Positions 9,975-18,791 of a DNA stretch of 18,791 nucleotides are shown here, in pieces. Position 1 is the stretch's first letter, and every line of letters begins with the position of its first letter. The notes beneath the pieces are model-generated. The model was not told the origin of the DNA, did not search any database, and saw only the letters and a program-made list of their open reading frames with translations. The position numbers and the translations under genes are program-made. Origin of the DNA: Paraspadella gotoi (Eukaryota; Animalia; Chaetognatha); assembly GCA_051294375.1 (NCBI GenBank), contig JBJCIZ010000396.1, forward strand, positions 1 to 18,791, given 5' to 3'.

Positions 9975-10750
9975 GAGAGAGGAGAGAGACGAGAGATGAG
10001 AGGAGAGGGACGGAAGAGAAGAGAGAACGGAGAGGAGAGACGAGGATTGATGTGATGAAGAGAGCGAGTATCTCTGAAGAGAGATCGAGAAGGAGAAAAG
10101 AGATAGAAAGAGAGAGAGCGAGAGATACCTGGCCTCATAAAAATAAACTATAATAATATAGCAATGGTGTTAAGACGGTTCCTAGAAAAGAAGGAAAAAG
10201 AGATGTTTTGTAAAGGATGGAGAGAGGGAGCAGAGAGATAGCGAGAAGAAGATGAGAGAGAGAGAGCTGGACGATGAGAAGGCTAGAGAGAGAGAATAAG
10301 AATCGGGAGAGAGAGATTGAAGAGAGGATGAGAGAGAGAGTGAATGAGGGAAATGTTTTGGAAGATGAAGGAAAACGGTACGGGAAGGAATAACGGCAGC
10401 TTGGAATGAGCGGAGACAAGGGGGCGAATAAACCCTCGACGTCCGGGAAAGTTATGAAGGGGCAATAAAAAAAGGATGGAATCCGGCGAGTGAGAGCTGA
10501 TGAGGGGAGAGCGAGAGGAAAGAGAGAGAGGAGAGGTGAGAAGAAAAAGCAAGTAGGTAGGCAAGCAAAAGCAGTTTGATGAAAATTGCCACAAAAACGG
10601 TGGAGAATGGGGAATTACCGATATATATATAAAGATGAATAGTGGAGGAGAGAGGAGAGAGAAGGAGAGAGAGAGAGAGAGGAGTGGAGAGAGAGAGGAG
10701 AGATGAGAGAGACCGATCTTGAGAGAGGCACGCAGAAGAGAGAGAGATAT
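9975..10750. repeat. Extended degenerate GA-rich low-complexity region
   Basis: Repeated imperfect gagaga/gaggagag blocks with strong purine skew on +. Confidence 0.8.
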
Positions 10751-12371
10751 GATGGGCAATGTATGTGCTAGCGCAGCGCAGCTAGCGCCATGATGTGCGG
10801 GGCCTCATTAAGCAGGATTAGTCTGAGGTGAGGACGATGAGAGAGATCCGTACGAGAGAGACGAAAAAAAAAAAAAAGTCAAAGTTTGCAAGAGATTTGG
10901 ATTTTGGAGAGATGGAAATCACAGCGAAAGGAAAGGGACGAGATATTCGCTTTACGATGCTTGTGAGGTTGATTGAAGGAGGAGGAGGAGGAGGAAGGAG
11001 GGAGCGAGGAAGAGGAAGGGAGATGAAAGGAAGGAGGTCAAAGGGAGCGCGACACCAATTTAAATGTAAGCAGGCTGGAAGATTGAATTGAGCGAAGATT
11101 AATTGAAAAAGTGAAGGCATAAAGGAAGGAAGAAGACGATGAATTGGAATGACAGTATAAGGAGGAAAGAGGAAATTCTTCTCGTCACGTGGATTAGCAT
11201 AAGCGATAGCGCGAGCTGTAGTGCGACGAGATATGCAATAAAGACGTAATTATTTGCATGTGAGCCCCGTAGGAGTTTACGGCAGGCGCTGTGACGGGAT
11301 CGATAATGAAACGGCCACTGTATCCGTTTCGTGTCGGGGATTCCGTTGGAACCTTTTACTCCGTAACAAAAAAAATACCATACAGCCGATATTTAACGCT
11401 CGTTCGTTGTATGTACTCTTCTCTCTTTCCACCCGGGATAATTAAATCGAAGATAAAGAATCAAAGAGAGTTTTTTTTTTTTTTATAAAAACTAAAAGGC
11501 ACTAATAAAGGTCAGAAAAGAAGAAGAAAAAAAGATTAAAAAAACACGAAGATTCTCTTTGTCGGCGGAAAAAGAGCAGATAAAAGTAAAGGTGAAAGAG
11601 GAGCGAGACGAGAGAGAGGAGAAGGAGAGAGAAGGAGAGAGAGAGAGATAGCAAAGAGAGAGACCGATGAGAGTACATTAGCCGCGCGGATGGGCGTCGT
11701 CGTCGGTTGAATGAATATAGAAGCCGTGAAAAAAAAAAGCGTATATAATACGAGATGAATTGAGATGTGGAGAGAAGTTTCTGTGGAAAGAGGGGGAAAG
11801 GGGAGTGCGTTACAAGAGTAATTAAAAGAAATTGGTACGGCCCATAAGAATTATTCATTCATTCCAATAGATAAGCTATATCTTCGTTTTTGAAACCAGG
11901 CTTTTGGTGAGTTTAAAACCTCTCCTTACGACGAGGGAAAATAACCGTCGTCTAGGTATTGTAAGCTTTTCGCAATATGCTAGTTGCCTGCCGAGCGAAA
12001 GTGAAAGGAGAGCCCGAGCAAGAGAAGTGAGAGAGTAAAATCATAGGAGAGCGGAGTAGTTATGTGGGCAAGGCCAAAGGGAAGATGGAGCGGGTGATAT
12101 TCGTCGTTATGTGAGTTAGAGGCGCAGAGAAAAAGCGACAACCTAGTCCGTGAGAATTCACAAGAGAAAAAAAAAAGATATCTCGAAAATCAATCCGGGA
12201 GAAGGAATCCGATTTGGTTCGGCCAACGCTTCGACGTCTCGAGTCTCGAACTGGCAGATTGTAGACTTTATGCGCCAGGCGCTGAACAGGACATCAGGCA
12301 TCACCGTTTGATGGCGTCTCATTGGATAGACTCGTAAATGCGGCGCGTTTCGAATGTTAAAAATCAGAAAG

Positions 12372-12458
12372 AAAAAAAAAAAAAAAAAACAAAAAAAAAA
12401 AAAAAAAAAAAAAAATAAAAAAAAAAAAAAAAAAAAAAAAAATAAAAAAAAAAAAAAA
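12372..12458 (+). repeat. 87-nt poly(A) tract
   Basis: Only three non-A bases (C12390, T12416, T12443). Confidence 0.95.
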
Positions 12459-13373
12459 CTAGATATTAAAATAAGTTATCGTTAAGCATTTTTTAGGGGT
12501 GGGAAGGATTCAGTGCAGTCTTTACTTGAGACCGCAAAATAAAATTTTAATAAATTTACTCAAAAAATGATCCAGTAATTAAACACTTACTGTGCACGAA
12601 AGTATTCCTCAACGTTTAAATAAGTTTTTAAATAAGTAACTTCAACTTGTTTAGATTTAAGAATTCGCTTAAACAATATTAACGTTCGAATCTTTTTGAA
12701 TTAAAGGTTTAACGAAACAGCGGCCTGGTGTATGAGATACCAAAGGAGGGATTGAGGCGAGGACGTATGGACGTCATGACAGATAGACTCATGAGCCAGC
12801 TTAACGAACGGACAGACACATGGACGACAATGAGCGAAATTCGCAGCAGATAATATCCGAACGCCGCAAACGAGAAAGATAGAAGAGAAAAAATTCTTTC
12901 CATCGGCGTTCAACTCGATTTCGCTTCAAAATGATCGATGCGAAAACAGGCGTCAGGCGTCGAGACGGCTGGCCGAGATTAATGCCGGATTAATTGCCGG
13001 TCGTGACTGGCCGAGAGATTAGCGTAAAGAGAAAGTCGAATTTGATAAGTAATTAAGCAACTAAAAGGGCGCTTTAAAAAATATTAAAAAATAAAAAAGT
13101 TTAAAATAATATGGGAAATTTAAACGGGATTAGAACATTGCATATGAATTAATTATTATCACTTTTCATGCGGGAAAGAATAAAAATCAAATAGGTTTTT
13201 AACAAATTTAAAAAAAAAAAAACCTAATAGTTCTATTATAAATGCTATTAAATATATTTAAAAAAAAACTTGAAAAAAAAACATCCCATTTTATGATAAA
13301 AACTTGCAAGAAAAAAAAAAAACGATTTTTAATTAAAAAAAAAGAGAATATTTTCGATTCGCGATGCTCGTAG

Positions 13374-13493
13374 CTGTTCCGCGCGCTAAGAGAAGCGGCG
13401 CGGCCCGAGAGAGACCACGCCCTCCTGTCGCGCCACGGTTTCCGGTTCGTCAACCGCACGTTCAAAGTGACGTCAACCGTGAACCTCAACCAC
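13374..13493 (+). CDS. Probable internal exon of an unidentified protein
   Basis: ttttcgattcgcgatgctcgtAG|...CAC|GTtaat; exactly 40 codons, LFRALREAARPERDHALLSRHGFRFVNRTFKVTSTVNLNH. 33 of 40 codons end in G/C, and the GC-rich island is flanked by very AT-rich DNA. Not in the ORF track. Confidence 0.55.
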
Positions 13494-13838
13494 GTTAATT
13501 TCAGATCTTAAATCTCGGCTTCCACTTCTGTTTTTATTTTTTTTTTTTTTTGCTCCTGAAGTGACTTTTATTAGGAATTTTGGTTTTTTATTTATTCATT
13601 TTATTTCTTTCTTTTTTTTCTTATTTATTTTTTTTTTGGAGAGTATAATTTTAATATTATATTTATATATATGTATATATAGTATTATACATAGAAATGG
13701 TGAAAAGGCAAACGATTTCTCAATCACAGAAAAGGGGTAACCAGACTTTTTTCTTCTTGTACTAAAAAGATTAAATGCTTCGGTCGGGTTGTTTTCCGAC
13801 TTTCCTTTTCTTTGATGGATCGAACCATTTGTCCGCCA

Positions 13839-14042
13839 TCTCTCTCTCTCTCTCTCTCTACTCTCTTCTCTCTCTCTCTCCTCTCCTTTTTTATTTGACC
13901 ACTTCAATTCTTCTCTTCCTTTTCCTTGTCTATCACGTCGTCAGGTCATCTCTGACCCTTCCCATTCTCTCTCTCTCTCTCTCTCTTCTCTCTGCTCTCT
14001 CCTTCTCTCTCTCTACTCCTCTCTCTCTCTCTCTCTCTCTCT
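13839..14042. repeat. Two (CT)n microsatellite blocks
   Basis: CT runs at about 13839-13888 and 13965-14042. Confidence 0.9.
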
Positions 14043-14170
14043 GTTTTCGCTGCTTTCCGGTCGTTCGCCAAAAAAAAAAAGGAACTTTCGCTTGTCTCCC
14101 GCCGTCGCGTCGTCGGTCGGCGTCGTCGTCGGCGTCGTCGTCAGTGGGATAATCGCAGTTGGGTTTCCGA

Positions 14171-14225
14171 AAAGGTCAAAAGGTCAAGATGGTCAAGAAC
14201 AAAAGGTCAAAAGGATGAAAGATCA
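14171..14225 (+). promoter_or_regulatory. Cluster of nuclear-receptor-type half-sites (AGGTCA), putative
   Basis: AAAGGTCA at 14171, 14179 and 14202 (the first two form a perfect DR2), TGGTCA at 14190 and AAAGATCA at 14218. Motif match only. Confidence 0.3.
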
Positions 14226-14401
14226 AGAGGGGTCTTTCGGTCCCCCTAGCGGCAGCCGACCGCAATGCGAAACGAAAATTACGCCGCGTTTTCGAAGATA
14301 TTTGTCTCTTTAATTTTTGACTTTCTCTTCTCTTTTTTTCGCTTTTACTCTCTTTTCGTTACTATCCTATTTTTTACCTATTCTTTTTCTGCTTACAACA
14401 G

Positions 14402-14458
14402 ACTCCGGCTCTACGATTCACTTTCTCGGTCCGTCGGTCCCACCCCAAAATATTGTCG
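14402..14458 (+). CDS. Candidate 57-nt symmetric exon
   Basis: Long pyrimidine tract, ttacaacAG acceptor and G|GTAACT donor. All three frames are open; one reads SGSTIHFLGPSVPPQNIV (PSxPPQN resembles the start of an FN3 domain). Confidence 0.35.
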
Positions 14459-14653
14459 GTAACTCACTTAGATCATGTCATAAATTCTGCAAAAAAATCG
14501 ATGTCCGTCCGTCCCTCATTCTGTCCGTCCGTCCGACCGTCTGTCTGTCCCCCTTATCCTTTAACGCCTATTACTAGTGAGTGCATGGAGTAATTTATTT
14601 TTAAAAAAATTGTCCAAGTGGAAATGGACAAAACAAAAAAAACTGTTTTACTA

Positions 14654-14747
14654 TTTTATATTAAAGGTCAATGCAAGCTGTATTATTTTAATTCATTAAT
14701 TAATTTATTTTTAATCAATGCAGCTTACATTTATATTTGATATAAAA
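14654..14747. repeat. Imperfect inverted repeat (31-bp arms, 32-nt AT-rich spacer)
   Basis: 14654-14684 matches the reverse complement of 14717-14747 at 25 of 31 positions. Confidence 0.8.
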
Positions 14748-14957
14748 GAAAAAATACAAAAGCAAAATTAATTAACTAATTAATTAATCAATTAATTAAT
14801 AAATTAAATTTCTTATCAGATACAGCTGATGATTGTAGGCAGATCCATCATCGCTTGCTCAATTTTTCTTTCTTCTTTTTTTCTTTTCTTTTTTTCATTT
14901 CTTTTCTTTTCTTTTCTTTTCTCTTCTCTTTTCCTTTCTTTCCTCCTCGTGTAATAG

Positions 14958-15120
14958 CGATTTGTCGCCCCGTAATCAGTTCAGATCTTTTAACCTCTTC
15001 GATTTCGACCGCAAGCAAGAGGCTAAATCTTTCTTAGTAGCAAATGAAGAAAATCAAAGAGAGAGAAGTTTAAAACAAATGGAGACAAACAGAGCAAAGA
15101 CCTTTTTTGAAAAAGATTGA
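14958..15120 (+). CDS. Candidate terminal exon, unknown product
   Basis: Follows a ~90-nt pyrimidine tract and gtaatAG; open frame xDLSPRNQFRSFNLFDFDRKQEAKSFLVANEENQRERSLKQMETNRAKTFFEKD*. No recognised motif. Confidence 0.2.
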
Positions 15121-16829
15121 GACAGAAATGATATGAAATTAATTTTTTAAAATATTCTACATTGATTATTATTAGAATTATTAAAAGAAGAAATTGATAA
15201 AAATTTTGGAGTCATTTATTAATTTCATTTTAATACGGACGTTGATTCAATTCTTTTGAAAGCTGAAATAGGGAAATATGCTCATGGTTTACTGACGAAT
15301 TTGCATGGCGAAGAGATGACTGTCCTGTCAAAAAACTGACAAAGCTTATTTGCAGAAAATGGCTCTAACAGCGTTCACTAAAAAAAAATAATTTGGAAGA
15401 ATTAAAAAGGCTAAAGAACATATTCTCGTACAAATATTGTTTTTTTAAAACAACAATAATATTTTTATCGAGCCTTGAACTCGGCGAAGCCGGGTCAGGC
15501 TCTATAATGTTTAGGGTTGCTCTTTGTGAACGGGTAGTCGTCGTCGTCGTCGCGTTCCGTCACGCTGTTTTTTTGTATATAAAAACTATCTACGCTTTTA
15601 TAGGTTTGGCTGTGACTTAACCGTTTTTTTTTAAATTAAAAATTATTATACAATTATGATAAAGTTTTAACAAAAGTTGTGCAATCATAGTCAATAAAAA
15701 ATTTAGATAAGGCTTTTTCATCTTGAAATAGCTGTGAATTTTTCATATTACATTTAGGATTTTTAGTATTTTCTGTTTTTGAATTTCCGACTTCAATTAT
15801 GATTTATGCAAATATGCAATGAAGATTAAAGTACTCCTTATAATATCCAAATTAGTATATAGAAATGCTTTAAATCTAAATTTACCCATATTGCAGTATA
15901 TAATAATTGAAAAAGAAGAAATTCAAAAATTGTTTTAAAATTTTTAATAAAAATGGGAAACTCAAAGGATTTTTTAATAGAAGCCTATATCTTAATTTTA
16001 ATACAAATATAATTAAATCTTTTTACAAGCTGCGATTGGAAAAAAATTGGAAAATTTCCATTGTAAACAATTGTAACATATTTTGGCCTTTCTTTAATTT
16101 CTTAAATTAATATATAGATTTTCTTTCCTAATTTGTCAGTTGCCTTTGCTTTTTCTAAACCCTTAAAAAACGAGTTCAGGTTTCTGCAGTGACTGTTCAG
16201 GACTGGCTTTCAGCTTCTGCTTTCTTTCTGTCTCTTTAGTCTCTCTTTTTCTTCTTCTGTCTCTCTTTCCTCTCCTCTTTCTGTCTCTCCTCACTCTGTA
16301 ATACTATGCGTTCGTTTTTGAAAAATTCTGATTATTTTTTTCCTTTCTCAAAACTCTCCGTCTCTCTCTCATCTTATTATTATTTTTAAAAAATGAAAGA
16401 ATAACTTATAATGATATTGCATATCAACAACATATACAATCAGCTAATGTGACTATTATATATGCAGGCACTTTCGCCCGAATAATAATAATTGCATGCA
16501 TCACATTATAAAAAAAAAAATTTTGTTTTTATTTATTATTGCAACTTTGGACCGGTTGGCCAGCACTATTGGGAAATTATATCTAAAATAGGAAGTGATA
16601 AGAGAGATATAGTCAAATTAAACATTAACTTTTTTTGTTATTCTGAATAATTTGTACTATGTATTTAATTTATAAATATATTTATTTTAAGTGTATATAT
16701 TTAATCATTTTAACTTTTTTTTTAAATAATAATTATTTGAGTTGTGAATAACTATTTATAAAATTAATTAAATATGCAAATATTAAATTTGACCTCGGTC
16801 TGGGTTTCCCTCCTTAAAAAGAACAATCT

Positions 16830-16851
16830 TTTCTCTTTCTATCCTCTCTTA

Positions 16852-16883
<32 letters not shown>

Positions 16884-17586
16884 TTCTCTCTCTCTCTCTT
16901 TTCTTCGTCTCTTTTTTTCCTTCTAAAAAACTTTAATTTATCAGCACATTATTTATTCGCGAGATTTTCGTGGATTTTTTTTCTAAAACTTTTATTATCG
17001 CACATTTATATTTTAATCTTTCAATACAAAATCCCAAATACAGAATAACTTACTTTAACGCTACGATTCGTGGTCGTATAGCGGAGTCAACAAGTAAACA
17101 ATGTTCGAGGAAGCATAGATAAATAACGCGTTTACGTGTATAAAAAAAAATCAACAGTCATAGACCCAATATTACACGACGCGCCGTTCGGAGGCAACGG
17201 ATAACCGAATATAAACGAGAGTGACTAATAATGCGTCATCGTTGGTGGGAAAACCTCTCTCTCTCCTCTCTTCGTTTTCACTCTCACCCTCCCTCTTCTT
17301 TACTCTCTCTCTCGTTCTCTCTCCTCTCCCTCTCTCTCTCTCTCGTCCTCTCCTCCCTCTCTCTCTCCCCTCATCCTCTCTCATCTCTCGTTCTCCCTCT
17401 CTTCTTTTTTTCCTTCTAAAAACATTTTATTAATCGCCATTTATTTCCGCGCTTATTTTTCTCAATACAAATCACAAATTTACATCCGAGATTTTCGTAG
17501 GATTTTTTTTCTAAAAATTTCTGATTATTCTTTATATAAACGAGAGAGTACCTAATAATGCGTTTCGTTGCGAGGAAACTGTTTCC

Positions 17587-17621
<35 letters not shown>

Positions 17622-17682
17622 CTCTCTGGTCCTCTCTCTCTCTTCTCTCTCTCTCTCTCTCGTCGTCCTCTCTCTCTCTCTT
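16830..17682. repeat. Degenerate tandem duplication punctuated by three (CT)n blocks
   Basis: Shared blocks: ccttctaaaaa (about 16919/17412), cgagattttcgt(a)ggattttttttctaaaa (about 16960/17487), tcaatacaaa (about 17021/17462), atataaacgagag...taataatgcgt (17209/17534). Confidence 0.85.
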
Positions 17683-17718
17683 TTCACCTCATACACGCAT
17701 TTGTTTGTTTTATTTACG

Positions 17719-17963
17719 ATGAATGATTCAGCGCAGTCAATGAATCAACTATCATCGCAATCAATGAATGAACTAATCATCGTATCAACTGAAATGATTA
17801 TCATCATATCAATGAATGACTATCAATCGCATCAATCATTGAATTATCATCCACATCAGTTCATTATTGTTATCATCGCATCAAATTATTGGTTATCATC
17901 GCGTCAATATTTTGGTTATCCATCGCATCATATTTGGTTATCATCGCATTCAATATTGGTTAC
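17719..17963. repeat. Minisatellite, about 11 imperfect units of ~21-25 bp with core TATCATCGCATCA
   Basis: Units go from atgaatgactatcatcgcatca-like to atatttggttatcatcgcatca-like. Confidence 0.9.
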
Positions 17964-18706
17964 TACTACATATCGAAGCGGCTCCGATCTTTATGCTTTT
18001 TAAAAAGGATTTTTTTCATGAAATAAGCAAAGAAGATGACAGTCCTTATAAACGACTGGTAACTGACGATTTTTGGAGAAAAAAAATTATGTTCTGCTTT
18101 AAACTAAACTTTAACGTTAACGAGGTCATTGGTTGGAAGCCTAGAAATTTTTGAGTTCAGCTGGGATACGACAATTTTTTTTGTTTCTAAGAGACACAAA
18201 CATAATTAACTTTTAAATGTATATAATATTTTTTTTTTCCGTTGATATTAAGTAATTATGGGTCCTATATTTCTCGTATATGTTAAACAGCAATCTTTTT
18301 TTTAAAACATTGCTTGAATAAATTTTATCATTTTTTTTTTTTTTTTATTTTTTTCACAAACTGAATAGTTAATTGTGACAGAATTTTATTTTTTTTATAT
18401 TACGAGCCTAACTATATTAATTATTTTTTTTTTTTAATTCTATTTGGTTTGATCAGGTGTTTTCCCTTTCTTTTCTCCTCTCTTCTCACATATTTATTAA
18501 ATGGTCACAATGTGGAAGTTTGAGTGGGGTTGTTTTTTTTTTTTTTTTGTGTTTGGTAATTGTTTATGTGATTTCTTGTGTCTTTTGATTGCTTGCTTTT
18601 TTTTTTTTTTTTTTTTTTTTCCTTATTACATCTTTTGATATAAATTTTTTTTGGGTTTTTTTTTTTTATCGATTGTTTTTCCCTCCCTTAATTCCGTTCC
18701 CTACAG

Positions 18707-18791
18707 GTTTGCCCCAGGCCACATTTGATAGGAGAATATTCATATACGGAAGACAAGACCGAACGCAAGCAGAATAGAGCCCGCGATGGCC
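18707..18791 (+). CDS. Candidate exon running off the window end
   Basis: Strong acceptor ccttaattccgttccctacAG after T-rich DNA. Only the phase-0 frame stays open to the end: VCPRPHLIGEYSYTEDKTERKQNRARDG. Confidence 0.4.

Noticed and set aside
11260-11355. Cadherin-like GRFIIDPVT (minus) or EGF-like GVYGRRC (plus)
   Set aside because: Short motif resemblance only, without supporting residues or convincing splice sites.
12721-12853. Open frame GLVYEIPKEGLRRGRMDVMTDRLMSQLNERTDTWTTMSEIRSR*
   Set aside because: Acceptor lacks a pyrimidine tract and no family is recognised; left uncalled.
12969-13022. Short direct repeats ctggccgag(ag)atta and ttaat(t)gccgg
   Set aside because: Likely local slippage duplication; nothing supports a function.
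11252-16781. Four octamer motifs ATGCAAAT/ATTTGCAT (11252, 15299, 15806, 16774)
   Set aside because: Dispersed and AT-rich; not clearly above chance.
404-17433. Numerous ORFs encoding ERERER, SLSLSL, poly-K or poly-F peptides
   Set aside because: Translations of (GA)n/(CT)n and A/T runs, which lack stop codons; no coding evidence.
17701-18003. 100-aa ORF, or a CRISPR-like array
   Set aside because: The ORF is a minisatellite translation. Linkers are ~10 nt and related to each other, there are no cas genes, and the context is eukaryotic.

Overview
Eukaryotic, intron-dominated DNA, probably from an invertebrate metazoan. It is AT-rich with long A/T homopolymers, many (GA)n/(CT)n microsatellites, abundant CpG (cgtcgtcg tracts) and small GC-rich islands bounded by GT-AG signals. 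Almost all ORFs in the supplied track are low-complexity artefacts. The best-supported coding signal is not in the ORF track: a minus-strand gene for a tandem immunoglobulin (I-set-like) domain protein. It has a clean exon at 5562-5670 (NDRPF...GELIV...DGGVYRCQ) that splices in frame to an exon at 4921-5028 (AENE.G...LTIVAPPSNITLSEGAQ). The second exon carries an in-frame TGA, best explained by a compensating pair of frameshifts. Weaker Ig-like fragments lie at 2692-2757, 355-457, about 700-800 and about 9320-9380. Separate plus-strand exon candidates of unknown product (best: 13374-13493) occur from about 7 kb onward. Non-coding structure includes a candidate recursive splice site, a ~600 bp degenerate foldback, a 94-nt hairpin, two AGGTCA clusters, a polarised ~23-bp minisatellite, a degenerate tandem duplication and an 87-nt poly(A) tract. 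I found no prokaryotic genes, CRISPR array, tRNA, rRNA or transposase. No complete gene model can be assembled, so sequence error, pseudogenisation or a non-native origin of the sequence cannot be excluded.
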